Of a DNA stretch of 64,000 nucleotides, positions 34,523 to 44,122 are shown in pieces. How positions within the stretch are numbered: position 1 is the stretch's first letter; each line of letters starts with the position of its first letter. Source of the stretch: Candidatus Liptonbacteria bacterium (lineage in GTDB: Bacteria; Patescibacteriota; Minisyncoccia; UBA6257; 2-01-FULL-56-20). Made by a program: the position numbers and the translations under genes. The notes under the pieces were generated by a model. The model had not been told where the DNA came from and did no database searches. It was given only the letters and a program-made list of their open reading frames with translations. Location: positions 804 to 64,803 of the forward strand of contig JACPLI010000014.1 of NCBI GenBank assembly GCA_016186635.1. The letters are read 5' to 3'.

Positions 34523-36388
34523 ATGGACGCTCCTCTGAACCCGGAACAGCAGAAAGCCGCTTCCGCCCCGCACGGACCCCTCCTCATTGTTGCAGGGGCA
34601 GGCACCGGCAAGACGAAGACGCTCACGAGCCGGCTCCTCCGCCTCATAGAGGAAGGAGTTGTCCCGTCTTGCATCTGTGCGCTCACGTTTACGAACAAGG
34701 CGGCGAAGGAAATGGCGAACCGCGTCGCGACGATGACGAATGACCATAACGATGACGGCGGTCATAGTCATCGTCATAGTCATCGTATGAACGACCTGCC
34801 CTTCATCGGCACATTCCACTCGCTCGGGGCAAAAGTTCTCCGCGCTGAAGCGCGTGCAGTGGGGCGAACGCAGGGTTTCACCATCTTCGACGACGGCGAC
34901 TCGCTCTCCGCAATGAAGAAAGTTATGAAAGAACTTGACTTCCGCACGGGCAAACCCGCACAGGCGCTCCGCTACATTTCGTGGAAAAAAAGCGGGGCGG
35001 GAGAAGGCGTGGATGCCGGCACGCGTGACGACAAAAAGATATTTGAGCGTTACGAGGCATTCCTCGCCCGCGCAAACGCATTCGACTTCGATGACCTCAT
35101 CGCAAAGACAGTTGCGCTCTTCGAGCACAGCCCCGAGACGCTCGCGCGATATCAGAAGCGTTATACGCACATCCTCGTTGACGAATACCAAGACGTGAGC
35201 CCCGCGCAATACACGCTCGTGCGGCTCCTCGCGGGACGGCGCGCCCACGTGAGCGTCGTAGGAGACGACGCGCAGATGATTTACGGGTGGCGCTACGCAA
35301 ATCTCGACACGTTCCTTCACTTTGAGCGCGACTGGCCCGGCGCCCGCGTCGTGCTCCTCGAAGAAAACTACCGCTCTACCGCAATAATCGTCCGCGCCGC
35401 CTCTGCCGTCGCCGCGCAGAATGCGTTCGCCCGCAAAAAAGAACTCTGGACGCGGAATCCCGACGGAGAGCTCCTCACTATTGCCGAAACCGCGGACGAG
35501 GACGATGAAGCGGAGTGGGTGGGCGCGCAAATTGCGCGCACTATGACAGATGACGATCACCATGACGCCGGTTATCGTCATAGTCATGGTCATGGTCACG
35601 CCGGCAACTCCGTTGCCGTGCTCTACCGCACGAACGCCCAGTCGCGCGCGCTCGAGCAGGCGCTCCTCCGCCGCAACATTACGTACAAAATTTATGGAGG
35701 TCTGAAGTTCTACGAACGCCGCGAAATAAAAGACATCGTGGCGGGACTTCGTCTTGCGATAAACCCTCGAGACGAAATGAGCCGCGACCGCTTAGAAAAG
35801 GCCTTCCGGGTACGCGTGTTTGAAAACGTCGTGGCTACACTCACGAAGTGCGGTGGAACTTCCCCGCGCGCAGCAATCGAGAAGTTTCTTGCCGCTACGG
35901 ACTATTTTGAACATCTCGAGCGCGAAACCACGAACGCGGAAGAGCGCCGGGAAAACATCACCGAACTCCTCCGTTTTGCGGAGGGCTTCACCAACCTTGC
36001 TGATTTTCTCGAGCACGTTTCCCTTGTGCAGTCCACCGATGATGTGAACGCGAATTGCCAATTGCCAATTGCCAATTGCCAACCAGTGGTACATCTCTCC
36101 ACCATCCACCTCGCCAAGGGGCTTGAGTTCGACCGGGTGTTCCTCGCGGGATGTGCGGAAGGGCTCCTCCCGCACGCCCGCTCCATAGAAACGGAAGATG
36201 CAACAGAAGAAGAACGGCGGCTTATGTATGTGGGGATGACGCGCGCGCGGAAGAAGCTCTCGATTTCATTCTTCGGGATTCCCTCGAGGTTCCTTGGAGA
36301 AATCCCGGAAGATCTCATGGCGTACGAGAAAACCTCCGGCGCGGCCGATGATGAAAATAGTGAGGGGGCAGCGATTCAACTCAACTAG
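34523..36388 (+). CDS. UvrD/PcrA-family ATP-dependent DNA helicase
   Basis: Walker A GAGTGKT, motifs ILVDEYQD, VGDDAQMIYGWR, TIHLAKGLEFD, VGMTRAR; carries three in-frame heptamer-array inserts. Confidence 0.9.
   Translation: MDAPLNPEQQKAASAPHGPLLIVAGAGTGKTKTLTSRLLRLIEEGVVPSCICALTFTNKAAKEMANRVATMTNDHNDDGGHSHRHSHRMNDLPFIGTFHSLGAKVLRAEARAVGRTQGFTIFDDGDSLSAMKKVMKELDFRTGKPAQALRYISWKKSGAGEGVDAGTRDDKKIFERYEAFLARANAFDFDDLIAKTVALFEHSPETLARYQKRYTHILVDEYQDVSPAQYTLVRLLAGRRAHVSVVGDDAQMIYGWRYANLDTFLHFERDWPGARVVLLEENYRSTAIIVRAASAVAAQNAFARKKELWTRNPDGELLTIAETADEDDEAEWVGAQIARTMTDDDHHDAGYRHSHGHGHAGNSVAVLYRTNAQSRALEQALLRRNITYKIYGGLKFYERREIKDIVAGLRLAINPRDEMSRDRLEKAFRVRVFENVVATLTKCGGTSPRAAIEKFLAATDYFEHLERETTNAEERRENITELLRFAEGFTNLADFLEHVSLVQSTDDVNANCQLPIANCQPVVHLSTIHLAKGLEFDRVFLAGCAEGLLPHARSIETEDATEEERRLMYVGMTRARKKLSISFFGIPSRFLGEIPEDLMAYEKTSGAADDENSEGAAIQLN
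34761..34789. repeat. heptamer array (GTCATAG/TCATCGT)x4 in frame in helicase
   Basis: gtcatagtcatcgtcatagtcatcgtatg encodes GHSHRHSHRM; antisense gives spurious MTMTMT ORF. Confidence 0.8.
35571..35599. repeat. heptamer array in frame in helicase
   Basis: gttatcgtcatagtcatggtcatggtcac encodes YRHSHGHGH. Confidence 0.8.
36053..36075. repeat. heptamer array (AATTGCC)x3 in frame in helicase
   Basis: aattgccaattgccaattgccaa encodes NCQLPIANCQ immediately before conserved TIHLAKGLEFD. Confidence 0.8.
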
Positions 36389-36444
36389 GATCAACCCCCA
36401 TGCACCACTTTTTATCCCACGTGGGATAAAAAGTGGTGCATATT

Positions 36445-37638
36445 TTACTTGCTCGCGCCAGTCATAAAGATAGGAGCTCCTTCTTTCCAAACGCCCTCGC
36501 ACTCATCCGAGTAGTCAAGACAAGGAACCACACCAGGAGTATAGAGCCCCAGCCACCACACGCTCGCGCGCAGGGTCTTGAACGCAAAAAAGAGAGGAGA
36601 GGAGAGAAATGTCTTCGGCACAAAGAGCGCGCCGTTCGGCGGCGCCACCGGCCCGCTCACGGGCACCCAGTACGCGTTTTCACATTCGCAGGTCAAGGGC
36701 TGCCCCAACGTAACCCCAAACGGAGGGTTTGCGGCGAAGGCGGGGAGAGCGCCGAAGAGCCCGAGCACGCGCTCAAAGAAACCCCCGTGCTCCCGAAGCG
36801 CGGTGAGCTGGAACTGCCGTGAAAATTCTTTGTTCTCATGCTGCGCAGTCGCCATAAATTTCTCGAAGAAAGTTTTGAGCTCGGCGCTCTCCGCTGCGCC
36901 CCGCTCCGCCGCAAGCGCCTTCTCAATGAGCGCAAGCGTGAGCCGGTCAAACCCGAGCATTCTCTTCTGCACCGCCACCGCTTCTCCGTACACTTTTATT
37001 CCGCGCATGAACGCGAGCTTCGCAGTGATGAAATCCTTCCACGCAAGGAGCGAATCGCGGATTGCGGCAAATAAGCCGTCCCCGAGCGCCCGCGCCACAA
37101 GGTCCGCGGGGAGGAGCTCCACGCCGTCATCGTTCCGGAGTGCCGCCCGGAACCGCTTTGCATCAAAGCGCACCTCGCGCGAGTGCGAGACAAAATACTG
37201 CACATATGCCTCGGGTGTGCGTACGCCGGAAGCATCAATCGTAGTCTCCGCATCCGCAACTGCCGGCAGGGGGAGCATTTCCGCTTGCGGAGAGGGGAGG
37301 GGGAGCATCGCCGCGACTTCTTCCTTGACCTGCTTGAGCGTGGGAATTGAAACTGAATAGGGAGTTCCCTCCGAGCGAGCGCGGGGAGCGGCCCCCCCGT
37401 TATTCTCACGAGGCGCTGCGTGCCCCGTATCGCCTTGCTGCGGGGCAAGCCACCCTCCGCGGGAGCCCACAAACGCATTTCCCGGCGCCGCGGCGGCTCG
37501 CGGCGCTTCGCGCGGCGGCTCCACCACTTCGGCGCGGCGTGATGAGAAAAAACGGGGCACGAACACCACTATTGTCACTGCGATAACTGCTGCGGCACAG
37601 ATTATCATTACCCGCCACAGCTTCGGATTACCTGCCAT
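36445..37638 (-). CDS. hypothetical membrane-anchored protein
   Basis: 397 aa; N-terminal TM VMIICAAAVIAVTIVVFV; Ala/Pro-rich linker; no known domain. Confidence 0.45.
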   Translation of the reverse strand: MAGNPKLWRVMIICAAAVIAVTIVVFVPRFFSSRRAEVVEPPREAPRAAAAPGNAFVGSRGGWLAPQQGDTGHAAPRENNGGAAPRARSEGTPYSVSIPTLKQVKEEVAAMLPLPSPQAEMLPLPAVADAETTIDASGVRTPEAYVQYFVSHSREVRFDAKRFRAALRNDDGVELLPADLVARALGDGLFAAIRDSLLAWKDFITAKLAFMRGIKVYGEAVAVQKRMLGFDRLTLALIEKALAAERGAAESAELKTFFEKFMATAQHENKEFSRQFQLTALREHGGFFERVLGLFGALPAFAANPPFGVTLGQPLTCECENAYWVPVSGPVAPPNGALFVPKTFLSSPLFFAFKTLRASVWWLGLYTPGVVPCLDYSDECEGVWKEGAPIFMTGASK

Positions 37639-37662
37639 CCCTCTATTATATATAATGCACGC

Positions 37663-38502
37663 ATGCCAGGAGCAAGATTAGGCCAGCACTTCCTCCGTGA
37701 CCAAGGCGCCCTCCGCGCGGTTGCGGCGGCGCTCGAGCTCGCGCCGGGCGACACCATTATCGAAATCGGCGCGGGGCATGGGGAGCTCACGGAAGAGTTG
37801 ATGAGTGAAAAGTGGAAAGTGAAGAGTGGAGAAAAAATACAAGTTCTTGCCATAGAAAAAGATTCGCGGCTTGCAAGAACGCTTCGAGAAAAATACTCGC
37901 GAAGCAGGAACATTGAAATAGTCGAGGGCGATGTGCGAACCGTATTGCCCTCCTTACTCACCACTTCTCACTCATCACTCGCCACTCGCCACTCGCCACT
38001 CGTTTACAAGCTCTGCGGCAACATCCCCTACTACCTCACTGGGTTTCTCTTCCGCATCGTGAGCGAACTTGAGCCGCTCCCCGCGCGGGCGGTGTTCACC
38101 ATTCAGAAAGAAGTTGCGGAGCGAATTGATGCAAAACCGCCGCACATGAATCAGCTTGCGGCGAGCGTGCAGTTCTGGGCGGAGCCGAAAATAATCCGCG
38201 TGGTTCCTCGGAGCGCGTTCTCACCGGCGCCAAAAGTGGACTCGGCGATTCTATTACTCAACCCTGTCATAAAAAAGGGAGAAAGAGGAGAAAAGGGGGA
38301 AAGGGGGAAATACTATGCGGCGGTCCATGCGCTCTTCTCCCAACCCCGCAAGACCATTCTGAACAACGTGGCGGCGGCGCTCCACGTGCCGAAAGAAGAA
38401 GCCGCACACACGCTTCATGAAGCGGGGATAGCTCCTCTCGCCCGCGCGCAGAACCTTTCTGTTGCAGATATCAAAAAGATATCCTCGCTTTTCCCGCTTT
38501 GA
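37663..38502 (+). CDS. rsmA: 16S rRNA (adenine1518/1519-N6)-dimethyltransferase
   Basis: GQHFLRD, SAM motif IIEIGAGHGELT, GNIPYY; contains three low-complexity in-frame inserts (37797-37835, 37952-38002, 38275-38315). Confidence 0.85.
   Translation: MPGARLGQHFLRDQGALRAVAAALELAPGDTIIEIGAGHGELTEELMSEKWKVKSGEKIQVLAIEKDSRLARTLREKYSRSRNIEIVEGDVRTVLPSLLTTSHSSLATRHSPLVYKLCGNIPYYLTGFLFRIVSELEPLPARAVFTIQKEVAERIDAKPPHMNQLAASVQFWAEPKIIRVVPRSAFSPAPKVDSAILLLNPVIKKGERGEKGERGKYYAAVHALFSQPRKTILNNVAAALHVPKEEAAHTLHEAGIAPLARAQNLSVADIKKISSLFPL
37952..38002. repeat. heptamer array (CTCAYCA/CTCGCCA)x7 in frame within rsmA
   Basis: ccttactcaccacttctcactcatcactcgccactcgccactcgccactcg encodes SLLTTSHSSLATRHSPL between conserved EGDV and KLCGNIPYY. 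Confidence 0.8.
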
Positions 38503-38550
38503 AATAAGGAATGTGCCGCCCGCCATCCCCTCACGCCATACGGCACGATT

Positions 38551-38576
38551 GTCATCCCCGCATTCGCGGGGATGAC
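38551..38576. repeat. hairpin gtcatccccgcattcgcggggatgac
   Basis: variant of GTCATTCCCGCG...CGCGGGAATC family. Confidence 0.5.
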
Positions 38577-38706
38577 GGAGGGGATAAGATTGCGTATTCA
38601 GGGGAAAGATTGCGGGGGTGTGCACAAAAACCACGGGCTTGAGATTGTGCGCAAGGTATAATGAGTATGGCGTATTCTATCCACCGCCGCTCCACACCTT
38701 TTCCAC

Positions 38707-41463
38707 ATGGACATCAAGAGACTTATCGCAGGATTCCTCGTCTTCGCCGGGCTCGCCGCGGCGCTCGCGCTCGCCATCCCCTCCCTCTTCTCGCCGCCCG
38801 CCGTTCCCGCCACGCAGAAAACAAAATCAGCGGTAGCTCAAAACGCGTTCCTTTCACAATCAGGAGGCGGCGCGCAGGAAGCATACATTACATCTTCCCG
38901 CTCCGCCGCAAGAACGCCAGGCGCGTCCGCAAATCTCACTCAAAAGCTCGGCACCCTGCTTGCACAGGAGGTCATCCGCACCAACGAAGCGGCGGGGACT
39001 TTACAGGGCCCGCCCTCAGGGCTCATTATCCCCGCACGGAAAACGCTTGAAGCGGCGATAGAGGAGAATATTTCGAGCGCCGCGCAGGCCGCCTCATTCC
39101 TCCCGCGGTTTGACGAACCCGTGCCGGACCGCGAACTCCGCGTTCTTCGAACGCCGCGCGCGGAGGACTTCGCGGCATACATGAACGCCGCCGCGCACAC
39201 GCTCGGGGAAACCGTGGGGAGCAGCGCGTTCGAGAAACTCCTCGAAGGGACGCCGAATATGGAAGCGGCATACACCGCCGCCGCGGTCTACGGGAACGCC
39301 GCGCAGGGACTCGCGCGCACCCCCGTGCCGGAACCCTTTGTGCCGCTTCATAAGAGTATCCTCGCGGCAGTCAAGAACCGGAAGGCGCTTGTTGACCTCG
39401 CGCTCGGAGACCCGTCCGACCCGCTCAAATCCCTTGCGGCGCTCCGGAGCGTCGAAAACCGCGTTGGCGAAATCCTTGACCGCGACGCCGACGCCATCGA
39501 AAAGGAAGCGGGGCTGCTCCAGCGCATCTCGTTCTCTGTCCCAGAAGACGGGCGGGGCGCCTTCGCGCGCCTCCTCGGAATCGAGCGCGCATTTGCGCAA
39601 GGCGCGGTGGTGCCGGTGAACGACGCGAAGCTCAACGCGACCACCGCCACGCTCACGAAGCAAAAGGTGAAAGACGATACGAGGAGCTGGTTCCAGCGGC
39701 TCAAAGACCTGTCGCTCAAGATGTTTCTCCAACAGCTCAAGAACCAGCTCATCGCCATGCTCGAGCAGCAAATCGTAAACTGGATTAACGGAGGCGGTTC
39801 GCCACAGTTTATCACCGACTGGAAGGGGTTCCTCGGAAACGCATTCAACAATGCGGTGGGGGCGGAAATCGAAAGAGTGCTTCCGGAGCTCTGCCAGCCG
39901 ATGTCGCCGCTCCTCCGCGTTACCTTCACCCTGCCGAGCGTGAACATCCCCGTCTACAGCGGCTGTACGCTGAACCAAATCGTGGATAACGTGAAGAACT
40001 TCTACCGCGACTTTCGGAATGGCGGGTGGATTCAGTACGGCGTCACCTTCGAGCCCACGGGAAACTATTTCGGCGCGCTCATCGAGGGGCACGACCGCGC
40101 GACGCGCGAAGCGCTCGCCGCCCTCGGCGCCGAGCGGGACAAGGCGATTGCCGCAGCAGGATTTTTGAGTTCGTCGGTATGCCCCTCCACCGGAAAACCG
40201 CCGGATGAGAAAAAGGGATGCCCGGGCGGCGAATCGCCGCTCGTAAAGACCCCCGGGAAACTCCTGGGAGACGCCGTTTCAAAAGCGGTGGTTGACTCGC
40301 CCTTCGAGCTTATCGTGAATGCGGACGATATCGCAGGACTGGTGCAGACCGTCGCGAATGCCGCGCTGAACCGGCTCGTGATGCTCGGCATTGACGCCGC
40401 CTCCGGAAGGTCCACCGGCAAAGGACTTACCTCCATTACCCCTGCCACAGCGCCCCCCGCAAACACCGCCGATTCCCTCTGCTACGGCACCACTGGCGCC
40501 GCGCGGACGGAGTGCCTGCGCAAGGCCCAAAGTGCTTCAAGCACGCAGGGGCAATCGCCGCTCGCAGACCAGACCTCCTGCAGTTCCCTCGCCGACCCCG
40601 CGCTCCGCGCGAACTGCGAGGCCACCCAGCGCGAAGCGGCGGAGACCGCCGCGTCCATCGGAGAAGGCGGCACGCTTCCCGGCTTCGAGAGCCAGCCGGC
40701 ACGGGTGGACCTTAGCGGCGCAACCGCGTCCCAAAGCCGCTCGCGGCATCCTACCTACGACGCCTCCGCCGCAATCGACGGGTCTCCGCAGACATATTCC
40801 GACACGTGGCCCGGTTCTCCCTCATGGTGGGAACTCACGCTCGCCGCACCCGAGTATCTCGAATTCGCCCACATCGTAACGCATGGAACTGTCCCGCTTA
40901 GAGGATTCGCGCGGGCGAGAATCCCCGTAGAACCCTTCCTCACGCTCTTTGAGCCGGGCGGCGCGGCATGGACAGTTGATTTGCCAAGCGGGGTATCGGA
41001 CATGCAAATATATCTCAACACCGAGCAGGCGCGGAATACCGGCACAGGAACTATTCTCCCCGCGTCGAGCATCCGCGTGAACAAACTCCGCATCGATGCG
41101 GAGCGCCTTGCGCTTGCCACTGTGGAACTCTTCCGCCGCATGGCGCCGGTGCTCGACCTCTCGAAGGTGCTCGCCACGCTCACGAAAGCGGAGGCAGTGA
41201 GGTTCTTTCCGCTCCCGTGGGCGACGGCGACCTACTACCCCACCTACAACAGCCCGACGCCCGCGCCCGCCTCCGCGATTTCGCTCGTGATTGCCGAGAA
41301 CAGCGCGCGGGGAAGTACGTTCCCGCCGGTTGAGGAGAACCTTACCCGCCCCGAACTCACTCGCTACCAGCTTGACTTGCCAGGGCAGTACCGCTTCACC
41401 TACACCGTGGACATCGGCGGCGTGAGCGCCTCGCGCACGCGCATTGTCACCGTTACCGAGTAA
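38707..41463 (+). CDS. large secreted/membrane-anchored hypothetical protein, first gene of T4SS-like cluster
   Basis: 918 aa; N-terminal TM/signal LIAGFLVFAGLAAALALAIPSLF; Cys-containing extracellular region; no known domain. Confidence 0.5.
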   Translation: MDIKRLIAGFLVFAGLAAALALAIPSLFSPPAVPATQKTKSAVAQNAFLSQSGGGAQEAYITSSRSAARTPGASANLTQKLGTLLAQEVIRTNEAAGTLQGPPSGLIIPARKTLEAAIEENISSAAQAASFLPRFDEPVPDRELRVLRTPRAEDFAAYMNAAAHTLGETVGSSAFEKLLEGTPNMEAAYTAAAVYGNAAQGLARTPVPEPFVPLHKSILAAVKNRKALVDLALGDPSDPLKSLAALRSVENRVGEILDRDADAIEKEAGLLQRISFSVPEDGRGAFARLLGIERAFAQGAVVPVNDAKLNATTATLTKQKVKDDTRSWFQRLKDLSLKMFLQQLKNQLIAMLEQQIVNWINGGGSPQFITDWKGFLGNAFNNAVGAEIERVLPELCQPMSPLLRVTFTLPSVNIPVYSGCTLNQIVDNVKNFYRDFRNGGWIQYGVTFEPTGNYFGALIEGHDRATREALAALGAERDKAIAAAGFLSSSVCPSTGKPPDEKKGCPGGESPLVKTPGKLLGDAVSKAVVDSPFELIVNADDIAGLVQTVANAALNRLVMLGIDAASGRSTGKGLTSITPATAPPANTADSLCYGTTGAARTECLRKAQSASSTQGQSPLADQTSCSSLADPALRANCEATQREAAETAASIGEGGTLPGFESQPARVDLSGATASQSRSRHPTYDASAAIDGSPQTYSDTWPGSPSWWELTLAAPEYLEFAHIVTHGTVPLRGFARARIPVEPFLTLFEPGGAAWTVDLPSGVSDMQIYLNTEQARNTGTGTILPASSIRVNKLRIDAERLALATVELFRRMAPVLDLSKVLATLTKAEAVRFFPLPWATATYYPTYNSPTPAPASAISLVIAENSARGSTFPPVEENLTRPELTRYQLDLPGQYRFTYTVDIGGVSASRTRIVTVTE

Positions 41464-41468
41464 ACCCT

Positions 41469-44114
41469 ATGAAAAGCCCCTTCGCTATAGTCCATCACTT
41501 CATCCGCCGCATTGGGGGAATCTTCCGCTCTGCTTCCCGGCGCACGCGGCTCACCGCCGTGCTCTGTGCTGGTTTCTTCGTACTCGCCGCAGTGCTCCTT
41601 CCTTCGCCAGCGCACGCAGGCGTAGCCGACTTCCTCGGCAGCCTTACCAACACCTTCATCGGCGGCATACTGGGAGGAACCGTCGGGTTTGTCGGATTCG
41701 TCATCTCCTACATCGTGAGCGCCGTGGTCGGCTTCTTCACCGCGCTCGTCGTCTTCGGCATCGGGGTGGTGCTCCAGCTCAACACGAACATCATAAACTC
41801 CGTCGCCGTGCAGGAGGGATTCAAGGTGACACTCTCCATCGCGAACCTCGGCTTCGTCCTCGGCATCATCATTATTGCGATTGCCACCATTCTGCGGTAC
41901 GAGCACTACGGCATGAAGCGCCTCCTCATCAAGCTCATCGCGGCGGCGCTCCTCGTGAACTTCAGCTTGGTCATCGGCGGCGCCATCGTGAACTTCTCCG
42001 ACCGGATGTCCGGCGTGTTCCTCTCCGCCTTCCCGGGCGGCGGAGGCGGCGCCACCGCTTTCGCAGACGCATTCGCCGGAGCATTCGGTCCCCAGCGCCC
42101 CTTCCTCAACCAAACCATCAAGGATGCGGACACCATCTCAAGCGCCGAGGATTTGGAAAAAGTCGCGGGCGCCGGCTCCGCAGGACAAAGTTTGGGCACG
42201 CTCTTCGTGCCGCTCATCAACCTCATCTTCGTCGCCGCCATCCTTATTGTGATGTTCATCACAATAGCCACGTTCTTCTTCATGCTCCTTGTCCGCTATG
42301 TATATCTCGGCATGCTCCTCATCCTCATGCCTTTCGCGTGGCTCCTGTGGGTCTTCCCCTTGACCGAAGGCATCTGGAAGAAGTGGTGGGATAAATTCCT
42401 CAAGTGGACGTTCTTCGCGCCGATTTCGCTCTTCTTTATGTGGCTCGTGATTATCACGGGGCAGGTAATGTCCTCGGGGAATGCGGCGGACCCGTCCCAG
42501 GGGCTCCAAGGGCTCGCGTACATCGCGCCGCCCGACAGCTACGCGCGTGGCTTGAAGAGCTTCGTGGGGAGCGCCGCGAACCAGGTGATGGGCACCTTCC
42601 TCCAGGCGGCGGTTCTCGTGGGGCTTGCCATCGGCGGCCTCATCGCCGCGGAGAAATTCTCCATCACGGGGTCCCACGCGGCGATGGGCGCGGTAAAGGG
42701 CATCGGAAAAGCGGCACAGGGGTATGTGGGGAAACGCGCGAGACAGGCGGGCGGAGCGATTCTCCAAAAAGCGGGGGTGCAAAATGCCGCGACCGCACTC
42801 CAGCAAAAAGGAGCTGCTGCGCTTCGGCAAAGTAACATTAATCTCGGCGCAGGAAGCAAGAGCAGAATCCTTAGGGCCGTAGCAAAGCCGTTTAATTTTG
42901 CCGCGAACGCGGCGGCAAAAGCTCTCGGTTACACCGTCGGGTATGCTCCCGGGGCAGATTATGTCGCGGCGCGTACGGGTCGTGTGATTCAGGCAGGCGT
43001 CGCCGGAGGGCGGAGCGGCTTGATGGGCGGCGCGGAAGCGGATGTGAAAGATGCAACCAAAGGACTCACCGAAGAACAGCAGGCGAACCTCGCAAGCACC
43101 ATGACCGCGCCGCAACGGGTGGCGCTTGTTAAAAAGGCGACAAAGGAAGGATGGCTCGACAAAATTGACAGCAAGTACTACGGCCCCGAAGAAAAGGAGC
43201 GGACATTCAAAGCGCTCGGCCAGGAAAAGGCGTATGACGATGCATTTAAGGCGAGCCAAGGGGCAGGAGAAAAGAAACCATACGCGGAAGAACAAGATAA
43301 GGCGAGAGGAGTGGCAAAACAAGAAGCGGAAATGTGGGCAGAAAGACAGGGTCTCCCCCACAAGACCGATATTTCAGAAGCGGGGAGGATAGCGTATGAG
43401 ACCGCAAAAACACATGGGGATAGCGATAAAGACGCGGAGGAAAGGCGAAATAAAGCAATAGCAGTCGCAAGATACAGAAAGGGTCAGGTTGCGTATGAAG
43501 AAGCAAAAGCGCACGGAGATAGTGATGAAGATGCAGAAAAAGCTAGGGGAAAGGCGCTCGAAAAAGCCCAAGAGCCCTCCGAATACGAAAAGTTTGTAAA
43601 AGAAAAAGTAAAGAAAGCGGAAGAAGAAACAATGGCTGATGAAGTAGACCCGGAGACAGGGAAGAAAACCGGAAGAAAAGTAAACGCACAGGAGAAAATC
43701 AAAGAAATTACAGGCAAAGCTACGGAAGACTTAAAGAAAGGAGACAAAGTGCAGTATAAAGAAATCTTCGGCGACAAGGCGGCGTTTGGATTGAGCAAAG
43801 AAAGCATCAAAGCGATGGGCGAGGTATTTGCCCAAAAAGTGGCTTACTCGAACCAACAACTCATCCCGAATATCATCTCTAAGATGAGTGCGAAGCAATT
43901 TGATGGATTTAAGAAAATGTATACAAAAATCCTCAAAGACGGCATCGCCTCCACGAGCGGCGACCAAAAGAAGTATTTAGAAGAAGGTCTCGACAGATTC
44001 ACCAAGAAAATCCTTGCACACCACATGACAGGCGCCGCGCACGAAGGAGGAGGAGGTGAAGAAGAACACGCCGCGCCCGCGCCCCCTCCTCCTAGCGGCG
44101 GAGGCACAACTTAA
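41469..44114 (+). CDS. VirB6/TrbL-like polytopic membrane protein with long K/E-rich C-terminal extension
   Basis: 881 aa; N-terminal ~420 aa with >=6 TM helices in the arrangement typical of VirB6/TrbL, then hydrophilic charged tail; immediately upstream of PrgI-like and VirB4-like genes. Confidence 0.5.
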   Translation: MKSPFAIVHHFIRRIGGIFRSASRRTRLTAVLCAGFFVLAAVLLPSPAHAGVADFLGSLTNTFIGGILGGTVGFVGFVISYIVSAVVGFFTALVVFGIGVVLQLNTNIINSVAVQEGFKVTLSIANLGFVLGIIIIAIATILRYEHYGMKRLLIKLIAAALLVNFSLVIGGAIVNFSDRMSGVFLSAFPGGGGGATAFADAFAGAFGPQRPFLNQTIKDADTISSAEDLEKVAGAGSAGQSLGTLFVPLINLIFVAAILIVMFITIATFFFMLLVRYVYLGMLLILMPFAWLLWVFPLTEGIWKKWWDKFLKWTFFAPISLFFMWLVIITGQVMSSGNAADPSQGLQGLAYIAPPDSYARGLKSFVGSAANQVMGTFLQAAVLVGLAIGGLIAAEKFSITGSHAAMGAVKGIGKAAQGYVGKRARQAGGAILQKAGVQNAATALQQKGAAALRQSNINLGAGSKSRILRAVAKPFNFAANAAAKALGYTVGYAPGADYVAARTGRVIQAGVAGGRSGLMGGAEADVKDATKGLTEEQQANLASTMTAPQRVALVKKATKEGWLDKIDSKYYGPEEKERTFKALGQEKAYDDAFKASQGAGEKKPYAEEQDKARGVAKQEAEMWAERQGLPHKTDISEAGRIAYETAKTHGDSDKDAEERRNKAIAVARYRKGQVAYEEAKAHGDSDEDAEKARGKALEKAQEPSEYEKFVKEKVKKAEEETMADEVDPETGKKTGRKVNAQEKIKEITGKATEDLKKGDKVQYKEIFGDKAAFGLSKESIKAMGEVFAQKVAYSNQQLIPNIISKMSAKQFDGFKKMYTKILKDGIASTSGDQKKYLEEGLDRFTKKILAHHMTGAAHEGGGGEEEHAAPAPPPPSGGGTT

Positions 44115-44122
44115 ACACGCTC

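Noticed and set aside
34478-35599. 373-aa minus-strand ORF beginning MTMTMTMT
   Set aside because: It is antisense to the UvrD/PcrA helicase gene and opens on the complement of an in-frame heptamer array. There is no independent coding signal.
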